NCBI GenBank assembly: GCA_031551355.1
Contig: JAVBNT010000038.1
Coordinates: 4,126-68,125 of the forward strand
DNA from: Candidatus Xenobia bacterium
Lineage (GTDB): Bacteria > Vulcanimicrobiota > CADAWZ01
Length of the DNA stretch: 64,000 bases
Direction of reading: 5' to 3'
This document shows positions 1 through 9,922 of the stretch, one piece after another. Made by a program: the position numbers and the translations under genes. The notes under the pieces were generated by a model. That model ran no database searches. It saw nothing but the letters and a program-made list of their open reading frames with translations, and was not told the DNA's origin. Position 1 is the stretch's first letter; every line of letters begins with the position of its first letter.

Positions 1-325
1 GTTTGACATTAGGATCCTCCTTAGCTTCTCTCTGAACAAATATCAAGTTGGAGAATGACAATCATCATTGGAGAAGTGGCGGAAAACCTTGAAAACCAAA
101 GAAGGCCTGTTTATAACCAGGCGTTAATGAGAATATGGAGAATGTTGGTTGCGATAAATAAAAAATTCGGCCGTAAGGGAGATATTCCTTCTTCCAGCCG
201 AATTTTTTATTTTATTTGTGTTTCCCACGGAGAGCGCAGGGGAAAAACTATATGGTTACTATAAAAATCCATAATAATTCAATTACTATAGATTCTTGAA
301 CATTAGTAGAGAAGTTGTCATCGCT

Positions 326-354
326 AGTCCCCGCCTTCGCGGGGATAAACTCCG
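326..354 (+). repeat. Solitary CRISPR-repeat-like palindromic motif. It resembles a type I-E repeat and is not part of an array.
   Basis: 'GTCCCCGCCTTCGCGGGGATAAACTCCG' contains the CCCCGC..GCGGGGATAAAC core that I recall from E. coli-type I-E repeats. Only one copy is present and no spacer-repeat periodicity follows. Confidence 0.3.
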
Positions 355-494
355 CTGTGGCGATCCAGGAAACTAAATATATTTTATATTTCTGATGATT
401 TACCTTAAAAAACAAAATCGCTTCAAACCGGCGGAGATGCGTTGAGCGAGCGGCAACCAGGCCTGACGAGCAGATTTGCCGGTTTCAGGCGATT

Positions 495-1181
495 TTACTT
501 GCTTGGGGTTAGCTTTACGCTCAATGTCTCCAATTTCAACTGCATTCCTTTGGAAAGATAAATATTTTTATACGTTTGGTTCCTGGCATTCATCGACGCT
601 CTTATTTCTTTTTTAGGCTCGTTTGTTGAAAATGTTCCCGAGACTTTTTTACCCATTGCCGTTATGTCATATGTACCCGGGGAAAAATCCTTACCGGAAA
701 GAAAGGTTCCGCTTTGCAGTTTGTATGATTTTTTAATTTTTTGGTTTCTGGGCTGTTGTGGTACCCCGGAGATGTTGGTGCTGCTCAGTTCTACACTGCC
801 GTTAATTACCTTTATATAGCAGTCGTCGGACAGATTTATAAACTCGTGCAGTTTTGTTTCGGGATTGTAGCTGTATGCTTTCATTGAGTTTCCCGATTTA
901 TCGTAAAATGTTACTTCTGCGTTTTGGGAAATAATTTTTACATCGTATTCGCCGGCGGGAAAATCGATTCCGGCGGTATAGAAACCGTTGGCAAGCGTTG
1001 TCTTGTAATGGATGCCGTTCATTTCTCTATCCGGCGGTGACTCGGCAAGGGCGGTTGAACTGTAGAGGAATATCAGGCAAAGAAATATTGCCGCTGTTGT
1101 CGTTACGTGAAGCCATTTTTTTGAAACTTTATATTTAACCATAGATATTGTCCCCCTTTTAAGGCAAGAATTGAAAACCAA
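495..1181 (-). CDS. Secreted hypothetical protein with an internal duplicated module of about 60 aa
   Basis: N-terminal hydrophobic signal-like segment (VTTTAAIFLCLIFLYSSTALA). Two related segments, 'FPAGEYDVKIISQNAEVTF' and 'FSPGTYDITAMGKKVSGTF'. Confidence 0.5.
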   Translation of the reverse strand: MVFNSCLKRGTISMVKYKVSKKWLHVTTTAAIFLCLIFLYSSTALAESPPDREMNGIHYKTTLANGFYTAGIDFPAGEYDVKIISQNAEVTFYDKSGNSMKAYSYNPETKLHEFINLSDDCYIKVINGSVELSSTNISGVPQQPRNQKIKKSYKLQSGTFLSGKDFSPGTYDITAMGKKVSGTFSTNEPKKEIRASMNARNQTYKNIYLSKGMQLKLETLSVKLTPSK

Positions 1182-1258
1182 CCTATAAAATTTCTAAATA
1201 TTCCGAAAGAGTCCTTTTGGAGTATCTTTTCCTGAAGGAGATGCTTGTATTGTCAAAG

Positions 1259-3055
1259 TTAAAGAATCCCCACCATCTCCATCAGATACTTCGCGTTGGT
1301 TGTTACGGATTTGCCTGATTTTATCTTGTAGTCAAAGCAAATATGACTGTCCCTGTAATACTCGGAAAAGCTGTAATTTTTGATTCGCGGGTATTGATCG
1401 GCAATTTCGCACAGTTCAAGGTCATGTGTTGTTATCATGCCGATAACAGCCAGCTCGTTTAGTTTCGATATAACCGTTTTTGCTCCGTTCAAACGGTCAA
1501 CCGAGTTCGTGCCTCTGAAAATTTCGTCAATCAGAAAAATTATATGCGGATCTTTTTCCGCAGTCTGAACAATCTCTTTTATCCGTTTTAGCTCGGCATA
1601 AAATGTCGACACACCTTCGTTCAGATCATCCGCAATTCGCATAGAGGTAATTATCTCAAGCGGGGAAAAATTCATCTGCTTTGCGCAAACAAAACTGCCG
1701 GCTTTGGCGAGCACAAGATTGATCCCTGCCGTCCGCAGGAATGTGGTCTTGCCCGACATATTGGAGCCGGAAATGATAAAGATGTTATTGTTACAGGCAG
1801 CGTCGTTGTTTACTCTGATTTCATTTAAGATTAATGGATGGCCAAGCTCTTTTGCTTCTATCTGTTTGCCGCTGACCACAGATGGCAAACAGGTATTGCC
1901 GCACACATTCGGCAATATGGAAAAGCACAGCAGGCTTTCAAATTCGCCCAAAGCGAGAAACCACTCCTCAGCGGCATGGGAATACTTTATTTTCCATTTT
2001 TCAAACAGAATGGCACACTTATAATCCCACAGGAGCAATACGTTTAATATAAACCATACCATGCCGTTATTGCGGACACTTACTTTATCGGCAATCCTGT
2101 CAAGCTCTTTTAACGCCTGTGCCGCCGACAGATCGGCTATGCCGAGCCGGGCTTGTATCTGCTTCAATGTTTCGGCGCGGAAATTCCCGCCTTTTAAGGC
2201 ATGAATTACCTTAGTGTAGGCGTTTAACTTGCGGGGCAATCGTGAGGCGGCGGTTAGGTACCGTTTTGTTTTGACCATCCCGATTAACCATATGACCGCT
2301 TGCAGTGCGCCGGCAGATGCGGCAGGAATGTATAGACTCTTTAGGCTGAATATTGTGACGGCGGTAATTGAAGCAAATGTAAACAGCGGCGCATACGTCA
2401 GCAAATATTTGAGCACCTTGCTTTCGATGAATAAGCACCGATCTTTCAGCTCTTCAACCAGTTTTTGAGCTGAACTGTCCACGCCGATTTTTGAAAAGCC
2501 GTATTCCATATGATTGGAAAAATCAATATTTCCGGCCAGTTCTTCGATAGCCTCCTGACGTTTTATCAGTTGCTCTTTTGAAAAATGAGGCTGTAACAAG
2601 TCGCCTGCGAACGATTGACGGCCATGCCAGGTGTGTGTAGCGTTAAGAAACTGAAACAAAGACTTTTTACCTACGATATCAAGGTCCCCGGAATAAGGGT
2701 GATTTGCATTTATAAACTCCGCGCCAATGTCGGTAAAGTTCACCCACTTGTCGGCAATTCTGTCCAGGTGCTTTTGGTTGATGGCGATAATCCCCTTGGA
2801 GTAGTTAATTTTTTCATGGATTTTATTGTGGAACACCCAAAGAATGACAAGTGCAAGCATCTCCGCCGAACTGACAGCTATTAAGGTTAAGCTTATATTT
2901 TTTGTAAATAAAAGGTATAATGATATGCTGGTCAGTATTACGAGTAATAGCTTTGTATAGCCGACAATGTCGGAAATGGCATAGTTTTTCTTCAGTATAA
3001 TCTCTTGTTGTTCAATTCTGTCCGTAAAAATGTTTTGATTCATGTTGCACCTCAA
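1259..3055 (-). CDS. MutS-family ABC ATPase (MutS domain V) with an N-terminal multi-TM region and no Smr domain
   Basis: Walker A 'GSNMSGKTTFLRTAGINLVLAKAG', 'IFLIDEIFRGTN' and 'TTHDLEL' are typical of the MutS C-terminal ATPase. The N-terminal third has several hydrophobic helices. Confidence 0.7.
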   Translation of the reverse strand: MRCNMNQNIFTDRIEQQEIILKKNYAISDIVGYTKLLLVILTSISLYLLFTKNISLTLIAVSSAEMLALVILWVFHNKIHEKINYSKGIIAINQKHLDRIADKWVNFTDIGAEFINANHPYSGDLDIVGKKSLFQFLNATHTWHGRQSFAGDLLQPHFSKEQLIKRQEAIEELAGNIDFSNHMEYGFSKIGVDSSAQKLVEELKDRCLFIESKVLKYLLTYAPLFTFASITAVTIFSLKSLYIPAASAGALQAVIWLIGMVKTKRYLTAASRLPRKLNAYTKVIHALKGGNFRAETLKQIQARLGIADLSAAQALKELDRIADKVSVRNNGMVWFILNVLLLWDYKCAILFEKWKIKYSHAAEEWFLALGEFESLLCFSILPNVCGNTCLPSVVSGKQIEAKELGHPLILNEIRVNNDAACNNNIFIISGSNMSGKTTFLRTAGINLVLAKAGSFVCAKQMNFSPLEIITSMRIADDLNEGVSTFYAELKRIKEIVQTAEKDPHIIFLIDEIFRGTNSVDRLNGAKTVISKLNELAVIGMITTHDLELCEIADQYPRIKNYSFSEYYRDSHICFDYKIKSGKSVTTNAKYLMEMVGIL

Positions 3056-3159
3056 AATATTATCAGCTGACTGACTTTTATTTTTAAGTGATTATATAGT
3101 GTTTTTTGCGTAGAAATAAAAAAGCCCTTAGACGCTCTGTCTAAAGGCTTCTTTATAAA

Positions 3160-3235
3160 TCGGAGTGAGAAGATTTGAACTTCCGACCCCTAGCCCCCCA
3201 TGCTAGTGCTCTAAACCAAGCTGAGCTACACCCCG
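3160..3235 (-). tRNA. tRNA-Pro (anticodon GGG)
   Basis: A cloverleaf was folded by hand. Acceptor CGGGGTG/CACTCCG (one G-U pair), D-arm GCTC/GAGC, anticodon stem CTAGC/GCTAG with loop AUGGGGG (U33, GGG, G37), T-arm GGAAG-TTCAAAT-CTTCT, discriminator A. Confidence 0.8.
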
Positions 3236-3699
3236 AAAACGTGGATATTATAGCAGAGATGGGATATAAATGCAATACCTTTTGACTTTAACTTCAAAAC
3301 CGGAGCATGAAAATTTACTTTTCCTAAAAATGTGTGTTTTATTAATTTTTATAGTAATTCTACAAAGCATATATGTGTTTAGACTACAGTATAACAGTTT
3401 GTTTCGCGTTAAGACAGTCCTAGTGCTGGAGAAAATCCGGATACATTCCTATCTCGCAAACTAACAGGTCATATCGCAAATATTAAATCGAAGCATTTTT
3501 GAGAATTCATATAAAATGGCAGGTATTTTGCCTGAGATGATGGCTTCATGAATCGCTGCTTATATACTGAGCAAGGATTTTTTTATAAAATAATAGAATT
3601 TATTGCCGATTTTGCCTTGAAAAATGTTTTGTTTTTATACGAAAATTTTATTGCCGCAATTCGATATTGTGAATTTTGACCCGGTACAGGGGGGATAAT

Positions 3700-4653
3700 A
3701 TGATATTGGCTGAACATCTTACGAAATATTATGGAGATATATGTGCTATTGAGGATATAAGTTTTGAAGTCGGACAGGGGGAAATTGTCGGACTTCTTGG
3801 TCCCAATGCTGCCGGAAAGACGACAACCATGCGTATTCTGACGGGATTTTTCCCGCCGACATCCGGTAAAGCTGTAATTGCCGGTGAGGATGTTATGGGC
3901 GATTCGGTATCCCTTAGGAAGCAGATAGGGTATTTGCCGGAAAATGTCCCTCTTTATATGGATATGACGGTTGCGGATTTTTTAAATTTTGCTGCCGCTG
4001 CAAAATGTGTTCCGTCTTCTTTGCGCAAAAAGCGGGTTGAAGAAGTAATGGATAAATGTGTTTTGGCACATGAAGCCGATAGCATGATCGGTAAGCTGTC
4101 GAAAGGATACAAGCAGAGAGTCGGCATTGCCCAGGCGATAATCAATGAACCTAAAGTTTTGATTCTGGATGAGCCGACTGTTGGTCTGGACCCCAATCAG
4201 GTTGTGGAGATCAGGGATATAATAAAAAGCCTTGCCGGAAATTCCACCGTTATTTTCTCTTCCCACATATTGGAAGAAGTTGCCAAGACATGTAATAAAG
4301 TTATCATTATAAATAAGGGAAAAGTGCTGGCGATTGATTCTCCCGATAATTTGTCGTCGGAAATGGAGGGCTCTGATCGGCTGGTTTTGGAACTTTCCGG
4401 AGATCCTGATAAGATATCCGATTTGATAAAATTGCATCCCGGCGTTAACTCTTTGGAGCTTTCTCCGGATTCCCCCAAAGATGCCCTGACCTTTGAACTT
4501 ACCGTTTATGCGGATAAAAATCCCGAGCTGCGCAGGGAACTTGTAAGAAAAATTGTCGAAACAGGATTTGGCCTTTATCAGCTGCGTCTTGAAAAACTGA
4601 CTCTTGAGCAGATATTTACGCGGATAATAAGACAGGGGGGTGTGAGAAATTGA
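3700..4653 (+). CDS. ABC transporter ATP-binding protein (GldA-like, ABC-2 type)
   Basis: Walker A 'GPNAAGKTT', signature 'LSKGYKQRV', Walker B 'LILDEPTVGLD'. The start is moved to ATG 3700, which follows a G-rich RBS. The ORF track begins at TTG 3676. Confidence 0.85.
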   Translation: MILAEHLTKYYGDICAIEDISFEVGQGEIVGLLGPNAAGKTTTMRILTGFFPPTSGKAVIAGEDVMGDSVSLRKQIGYLPENVPLYMDMTVADFLNFAAAAKCVPSSLRKKRVEEVMDKCVLAHEADSMIGKLSKGYKQRVGIAQAIINEPKVLILDEPTVGLDPNQVVEIRDIIKSLAGNSTVIFSSHILEEVAKTCNKVIIINKGKVLAIDSPDNLSSEMEGSDRLVLELSGDPDKISDLIKLHPGVNSLELSPDSPKDALTFELTVYADKNPELRRELVRKIVETGFGLYQLRLEKLTLEQIFTRIIRQGGVRN

Positions 4654-5417
4654 AGGCTATTTTTCTGAAAGATCTTGCCAATTATTATAAATCTTCGGTT
4701 GTTTATGTCATGTCTTCGCTTTTGCTGTTTATCTGCGGACTGATGTTTTTCGGTAAAGTATTTTATTACAGCGAAAGCTGTGCCCAGCTCTCGGCTCTTC
4801 CTTCAGAGTATAGAGGGGCGTATAATTTTGGTGCCGCCGTGCTTTCAGGGCTTCCTTCCCTTGTTGCTTTTTTAATGCTGTTTATTATTCCTTTTATGAC
4901 CATGAGGCTTTTTTCCGAAGAAAAGAAACTGGGAACTCTTGAACTTCTCTTTACATACCCGCTAACGGAAATACAGATTATCGGCGGGAAGTTTTTCAGT
5001 TGTCTGCTGGCGGTGCTGCCGGGAATAATTGTCAGTGCTCTGATGCCTCTGATTCTTGTGAAACAGGTTCCGAACATGGAGTGGGGATATATTGTTTCAG
5101 GCTATTTGGGAGTTTTTCTGTTTTGTATGGCTGGCATAGCGATCGGCATGTGGTCCTCAACAATGACCGACAACCAGTTGATCGCCGGCATTACTACGGC
5201 AGTTGTAATGATTGCTTTTTGGATCATCGGCATGCCGGGAGAAATACTTCAGGGTAATTGGCGGGATTTTTTCTCGGCAATTTCGTTTACCAATAATCTT
5301 GAGCCTTTTATAAAAGGTTCCGTTGACAGTCAGAGTGTCGTTTTCTTTTTGTGTGTTACGGTATTATTTCTTTATCTTACCTACTATAATCTTTCAGCCA
5401 GAAAATGGCGTGCATAA
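4650..5417 (+). CDS. ABC-2 family permease (GldF-like)
   Basis: Six predicted TM helices. It is translationally coupled to the upstream ATPase through an ATTGA overlap. Confidence 0.7.
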   Translation: MKAIFLKDLANYYKSSVVYVMSSLLLFICGLMFFGKVFYYSESCAQLSALPSEYRGAYNFGAAVLSGLPSLVAFLMLFIIPFMTMRLFSEEKKLGTLELLFTYPLTEIQIIGGKFFSCLLAVLPGIIVSALMPLILVKQVPNMEWGYIVSGYLGVFLFCMAGIAIGMWSSTMTDNQLIAGITTAVVMIAFWIIGMPGEILQGNWRDFFSAISFTNNLEPFIKGSVDSQSVVFFLCVTVLFLYLTYYNLSARKWRA

Positions 5418-5447
5418 TACTATTTATGATTCATGAGGAGAACTTCT

Positions 5448-6818
5448 ATGAAAAGAGGTTTAAAATACGAATTTAATTCTATTGTGGCATTGCTGATTAT
5501 AATAATGTCATTGGTGATGATTATGCTTATCGTCAGAAATCATCCTCAGAAATGGGATTTGACCAAAAGCAAGCTGAATACATTGTCAGGGCAGAGTGTC
5601 AATGTTTTGAAGGAGCTTAAAAATCCGGTAAAAGCCGTTGCTTTTGTTTCGGGCGGCAGGGATAAGCAGATTCAGGCACTTCTCCAGCTCTACAGGGCTA
5701 AGAGTCCACGGTTTTCATATGAATTTATCGATCCCAACAAAAATCCTAAAAAAGCTGCGGATTATGAAGTGACTTCCGACAGGGTTATCTTTATAGAATA
5801 TGCGGCCAAAAGGGAGAGGGTTACCGTTTTCAATGAAGAGAATATCACCAACGCAATTGTCCGGGTCGCGACTGTCGACAGAAAGACCGTGTATGTCCTT
5901 AGCGGACATGGTGAGATGGCGCTTGAACAGCTGCAAAAGGGTGAGGCAAAAAATTCCCTCTCTGTTCTTGCTTCAGCGTTGGAGAAGGAAATTTATTCAC
6001 TTAAATACCTGAACCTTTCGCAGCAGACGGATGTCCCCGGAGATGCTGCGCTGGTCGTTATTGCCGCTCCCGTCAGTGCGTTTTTTAAAAATGAAACCGA
6101 TAGTCTGTGCCGGTATATAGATCGGGGCGGTAAAGTTCTCTGGTTTTTGGGCAGTAAGTCTATTAAAGAGAATGCCGGACTTCTCGATTATCTCGGCGTA
6201 TCATATTCCGACGGGTTTGTTGAGGACGATATGAGTAAGATGCTTGGGGCCGACCGGTTTATGACTGTTGTGGCGATAAATTCCAATAGCGACATAACCG
6301 CCGGTTTCCGTAACAGCGTTTGTCTATTCCCGCTTTGCCGGGCCGTCTTTTATCCTAAAACGCCACCGAAAGACACTCTGTTTACACCTTTTGCCTCCAC
6401 CAGTTCCCAAAGCCGGATTATCAAGGCGGAAGATTCTCATAAAATATCCTCCACTGAATCAGGAACGGAAAAGGTTATTGACAATACCGGCAGCTATTGC
6501 GTTGCTTTGGCTGTTGAGCGGAAAAACGGTGAGCTTATTTCCCGATCGATTGTTTTCGGCAGTTCCCTGCTGGCGTCCGATGCCGTAATTTCCCAGGGAG
6601 AAAATAAAAATTTGCTTTTGAATTCCGTCGCCTGGCTTACGGAAGAGAAAAATTTAATTTCGATAAGGCCCAAGGACGAGCAGATTGTAATGTTAAGCCT
6701 TACCGATGAGAGCACTTTGCAGATCTTTTTCTATAGTGTGGTGTTCCTGCCGTCAATTTTTGCTTTCCTGTGGCTGTCAATGAGAATTGCCAGGCGTATT
6801 GGAGGAAAAAAGCAGTGA
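5448..6818 (+). CDS. GldG-like ABC transporter auxiliary component
   Basis: N-terminal TM segment, a large extracytoplasmic domain and a C-terminal TM. It follows the gldA/gldF-like genes. The ATG at 5448 has a GAGGAG RBS. Confidence 0.6.
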   Translation: MKRGLKYEFNSIVALLIIIMSLVMIMLIVRNHPQKWDLTKSKLNTLSGQSVNVLKELKNPVKAVAFVSGGRDKQIQALLQLYRAKSPRFSYEFIDPNKNPKKAADYEVTSDRVIFIEYAAKRERVTVFNEENITNAIVRVATVDRKTVYVLSGHGEMALEQLQKGEAKNSLSVLASALEKEIYSLKYLNLSQQTDVPGDAALVVIAAPVSAFFKNETDSLCRYIDRGGKVLWFLGSKSIKENAGLLDYLGVSYSDGFVEDDMSKMLGADRFMTVVAINSNSDITAGFRNSVCLFPLCRAVFYPKTPPKDTLFTPFASTSSQSRIIKAEDSHKISSTESGTEKVIDNTGSYCVALAVERKNGELISRSIVFGSSLLASDAVISQGENKNLLLNSVAWLTEEKNLISIRPKDEQIVMLSLTDESTLQIFFYSVVFLPSIFAFLWLSMRIARRIGGKKQ

Positions 6819-8161
6819 ATACAAGAGTTACACTGATTCTTTCATTTATAATGCTGGCAATTGCCGTTATTTATTTTTTTGATGTCAGGAATGAGACCTC
6901 AAAAGATGAGAAAAAAAGAGCCGATTCGGTTATTTTTTCCGTTGAGTATTCAAAAGTTAAATCTTTGTCTGTTTTCAGAAAAGGCCAGCTGCTTAACTTT
7001 GAAAAAAAAGACGGTTTATGGTATATGACTTCTCCTGAGCAGGCTCTGGCCTCTGCCGGTGTTTTGGACAATCTGCTGGATTTTATGTCCGGTCTCAGAA
7101 TTGAAGAAACTATTGATGCTCAGCCGCATAAACTTTCAGATTTTGGTTTGCAGCCGCCTTCAATGCTTATTACACTTAAATCGGAAACCGGGCAGCAGGT
7201 ATTGATGATTGGTATTAAAAATTTTTCTCAGCTTTCCTATTATGCAAAAAAAGAGAATCTGCCGGATGTTTTTACCGTCAGCAATTTCGGGATCTCGGAA
7301 TTTGAGAAACCTTATGACGCTTTTTTGGAGAAAGGGGCCATGCTTATTGCTCCGGATTCTGTTTTTGCCGTATCCGTTTCCAAAAAATCAGGTTCTTTCA
7401 ATCTTGAGAAAGACAGTAATTTCTGGTCGGAGTTTAAGGGTGAGCAGGAATGGAATATTGTTTCGCCTTTCAGAAAAAAAGCAGATTACAGAATTGTTGA
7501 GGATTTTCTTTGGACTTTGAAAGACACCAGGGTGGAAAGTGTTGACGGAAAATTTATAGGGAAAATTCCTCGGGATGCGGATGATGTTATTGCCAAAATA
7601 ACTGTTAGACGCAAGGGGCTTGCCGATGAATCACTTACCGTTCTTTCAAAAGATAGCGGTTTCTTTAAATGTTTAAGGGCTTCAACAGGCGACCTGGTTA
7701 ATTTGAAAGCGGATGCATTTGAAAAGATACTTGCTTTGACGGCGGAATATTTTGTCGACCGCCATCTGTTGTCGTTCGACTCCGCACTCCTGAACGAAAT
7801 AACTGTTTTTTATAATGAGGGAGCGCAGAAAGTCAATTTAATGAGAGCACAGTCCGGGGGCTGGGAGGTTGTTCATGCTGATTCCGCCGTGAAGGATTTT
7901 CCGGCGGCAAATACGCTGTTATGGAAATTGGAGTCCCTTTCCGCATTGCCTGAGGTTAATGATAATTTTGCCGGAGTCTCTCCTTATGCAAAGATTTCGC
8001 TTAAAGACAGGAGCGGGACGATTGCAGGGGAGTTTGAATTTTTAAAATCGGCAAAAGGGGATTATGCGGTTAAAATATCAGGAGAGCTTTATGCTGTAAA
8101 AGGTGATGAGCTTTTTGAGCTGCTTTCTTCCATAAACAAGTCTGTTCTTTCAAAAAACTGA
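6815..8161 (+). CDS. DUF4340-like membrane-anchored protein, the usual partner of gldG-like genes
   Basis: N-terminal TM then a soluble domain. GTG at 6815 overlaps the upstream stop (GTGA) and follows a GGAGG RBS. The ORF track starts it earlier, at 6770. Confidence 0.5.
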   Translation: MNTRVTLILSFIMLAIAVIYFFDVRNETSKDEKKRADSVIFSVEYSKVKSLSVFRKGQLLNFEKKDGLWYMTSPEQALASAGVLDNLLDFMSGLRIEETIDAQPHKLSDFGLQPPSMLITLKSETGQQVLMIGIKNFSQLSYYAKKENLPDVFTVSNFGISEFEKPYDAFLEKGAMLIAPDSVFAVSVSKKSGSFNLEKDSNFWSEFKGEQEWNIVSPFRKKADYRIVEDFLWTLKDTRVESVDGKFIGKIPRDADDVIAKITVRRKGLADESLTVLSKDSGFFKCLRASTGDLVNLKADAFEKILALTAEYFVDRHLLSFDSALLNEITVFYNEGAQKVNLMRAQSGGWEVVHADSAVKDFPAANTLLWKLESLSALPEVNDNFAGVSPYAKISLKDRSGTIAGEFEFLKSAKGDYAVKISGELYAVKGDELFELLSSINKSVLSKN

Positions 8162-8665
8162 TTATTCTGCCGGAGAGGACAGTTTTTCCAGTTTGTACAT
8201 TAGTGCCTCTGTGATTTCTGCGGCCAGGCCGACGGGAATGCCTATTCCTTTTGCCGTCAGAATAACTACAAGTTCTTCCGAAATAAATTGCTCGCTGCCT
8301 TTCAGTGCTTCGTAACCCAGCATTGCTCTTGTTTTCCAGGCCGATGTTTTTAAATCCCAGAAAAGATCTTCCGCTTTGTAGTAATAAGGCGGTTCCAGGG
8401 ATTTCAGTTTTTCTTTGAGTGACGGTATCGTGTATCCGTTGTCAACCACCATCTGTTTTATAAAAAGCAGTTCAAGCAGATCAAGCGGCGTATACTTTCT
8501 GGCTTTGCCGTCTGTTTTCAGGAACTCCGGGTGCAAAAGTTCCTGACTCTCCCAGTAGTTGATCATGCGGGTCGTTATGCCCAGATGTTTTGCCGCATCA
8601 CTCTGTGATATATAAAAAATATCTTCTTTAAAAAGCGGCAGTTGATTTATTTGGTTATTTTTCAA
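8162..8665 (-). CDS. MerR-family transcriptional regulator
   Basis: HTH 'ISQSDAAKHLGITTRMINYWESQELL' near the N-terminus, followed by a coiled-coil-like region. Confidence 0.6.
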   Translation of the reverse strand: MKNNQINQLPLFKEDIFYISQSDAAKHLGITTRMINYWESQELLHPEFLKTDGKARKYTPLDLLELLFIKQMVVDNGYTIPSLKEKLKSLEPPYYYKAEDLFWDLKTSAWKTRAMLGYEALKGSEQFISEELVVILTAKGIGIPVGLAAEITEALMYKLEKLSSPAE

Positions 8666-9054
8666 TTTAAAATCCCCTTTGCCGAAAGTCTTTTGACTAT
8701 AAATTTATTTTGCGGAAAAATTTGGGTTTATTTTTTGTCCACTTATCAACAATTATTGTGGATAAGTGGATAAATCTTGTTTATTATATCACAAGGCATG
8801 TGTATTGACAAATAATTATTGAAGCATTACAATAATTATTGTAGATGTTAATATGTGGCCCAGCTAACCATGAGTTAGCTTTTACCCCTTAACAGGGGTT
8901 TTTTTTATTGTCTGAAAATTTAAAATCTTTGTCTGGCACTTTTATCCGGTTTTTCTTTTTTACTATGTAAAATGCGGTTGACTTTTTTTTTGCCAGACAT
9001 TATAATAATGAATGCTTCTTTGGAGTAATTCTTCTATTAGGAATTTTTTAGCTT

Positions 9055-9519
9055 GTGATTATAGATGTCAGGGATATAAAGAGGCATACCGGTTCAAAGA
9101 AAAGTTATTCTTTTAACGAAGGTATTGATGTCTCGGAAAATGAAGAAAGTAAAGAACTGGCGGTTAGTGTCGGTGTTGAACTGACGAACACGGGCAAATC
9201 AATCCTGATAAAGGGTTTTTTAAAAGCAAAACCTGAGCTGCAGTGCAGCAGGTGTCTGGGGACATTTGCTTATGATATGGAGTCACCGTTTCAGGAAGAG
9301 TTTTTTTCTTCTGATGCGGATGCGCCCGTATCAAATAAGATAATGGATCCTTCGGAACTTGATGTTTTTTTTTATCAGGGAAATTTGATAGATCTGAAAG
9401 AAGTATGCCGGCAGATTTATTTTGTATCCATACCTTTGACTGTGATTTGCAGCGGTGATTGTAAGGGATTATGCAGTAACTGTGGTGTGGATTTAAATAA
9501 AGAATCCTGTCTCTGCTGA
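9055..9519 (+). CDS. yceD: YceD/DUF177 family protein, typically encoded upstream of rpmF
   Basis: C-terminal Cys motifs 'CSRCLGTF' and 'CSGDCKGLCSNCGVDLNKESCLC'. Position immediately upstream of rpmF. Confidence 0.7.
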   Translation: MIIDVRDIKRHTGSKKSYSFNEGIDVSENEESKELAVSVGVELTNTGKSILIKGFLKAKPELQCSRCLGTFAYDMESPFQEEFFSSDADAPVSNKIMDPSELDVFFYQGNLIDLKEVCRQIYFVSIPLTVICSGDCKGLCSNCGVDLNKESCLC

Positions 9520-9530
9520 GAAACCCGGTT

Positions 9531-9559
9531 TGACAAATGCTTCTGTTTTTGGAATAATA
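9531..9559 (+). promoter_or_regulatory. Sigma-A-like promoter for the rpmF-fab operon
   Basis: TTGACA, a 17-nt spacer, then AATAAT, sited about 65 nt upstream of the rpmF start. Confidence 0.4.
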
Positions 9560-9622
9560 TAAAGTTTTTCTGAAGACGGAATTTTTTAGAGAAAATTTTT
9601 TAAAGAAAGAGGGTATACTATC

Positions 9623-9814
9623 ATGGCAAACCCGAAATATAAAACTTCGCATTCTAAAACAAGACGCAGAAGAGCAAACATAAGGCTTGAATCTCCTGCT
9701 CTCTCAACCTGCCAGAACTGCAAGGAGCCTAAGCTTCTTCACCATGTTTGCGGCGTTTGCGGTTTTTATAAGGGAAAAGAAGTTCTTAAACGCGAAGAAG
9801 TTCAGGAAGGTTAG
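9623..9814 (+). CDS. rpmF: 50S ribosomal protein L32
   Basis: 'MANPKYKTSHSKTRRRRAN' plus a CxxC...CxxC zinc ribbon. Confidence 0.9.
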   Translation: MANPKYKTSHSKTRRRRANIRLESPALSTCQNCKEPKLLHHVCGVCGFYKGKEVLKREEVQEG

Positions 9815-9922
9815 TCTAGTTTTTTGCGTTGGTATTTTTAAATTCTATGTCAGCTTCTGCTGTTCATAGGATTTATTTTTATAGTTTTTAATGTCTTTAT
9901 TTTTTGACTTGGTGGGTGTTTT

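Noticed and set aside
55-264. 69-aa ORF at the window start
   Set aside because: No RBS, no recognisable motifs, and AT-rich surroundings. It is probably non-coding leader sequence.
300-420. Possible CRISPR array
   Set aside because: Only a single repeat-like unit is present. There is no repeat-spacer periodicity on either side and no cas genes in the window.
3270-3464. 64-aa ORF next to tRNA-Pro
   Set aside because: Low-complexity hydrophobic and AT-rich, with no RBS. It lies in the tRNA promoter region.
8740-8780. Chromosomal origin (oriC) on the basis of a perfect DnaA box
   Set aside because: Only two box-like 9-mers are present, with no dnaA or dnaN and no clear AT-rich unwinding element. 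An operator palindrome for the adjacent MerR-like regulator is more likely.
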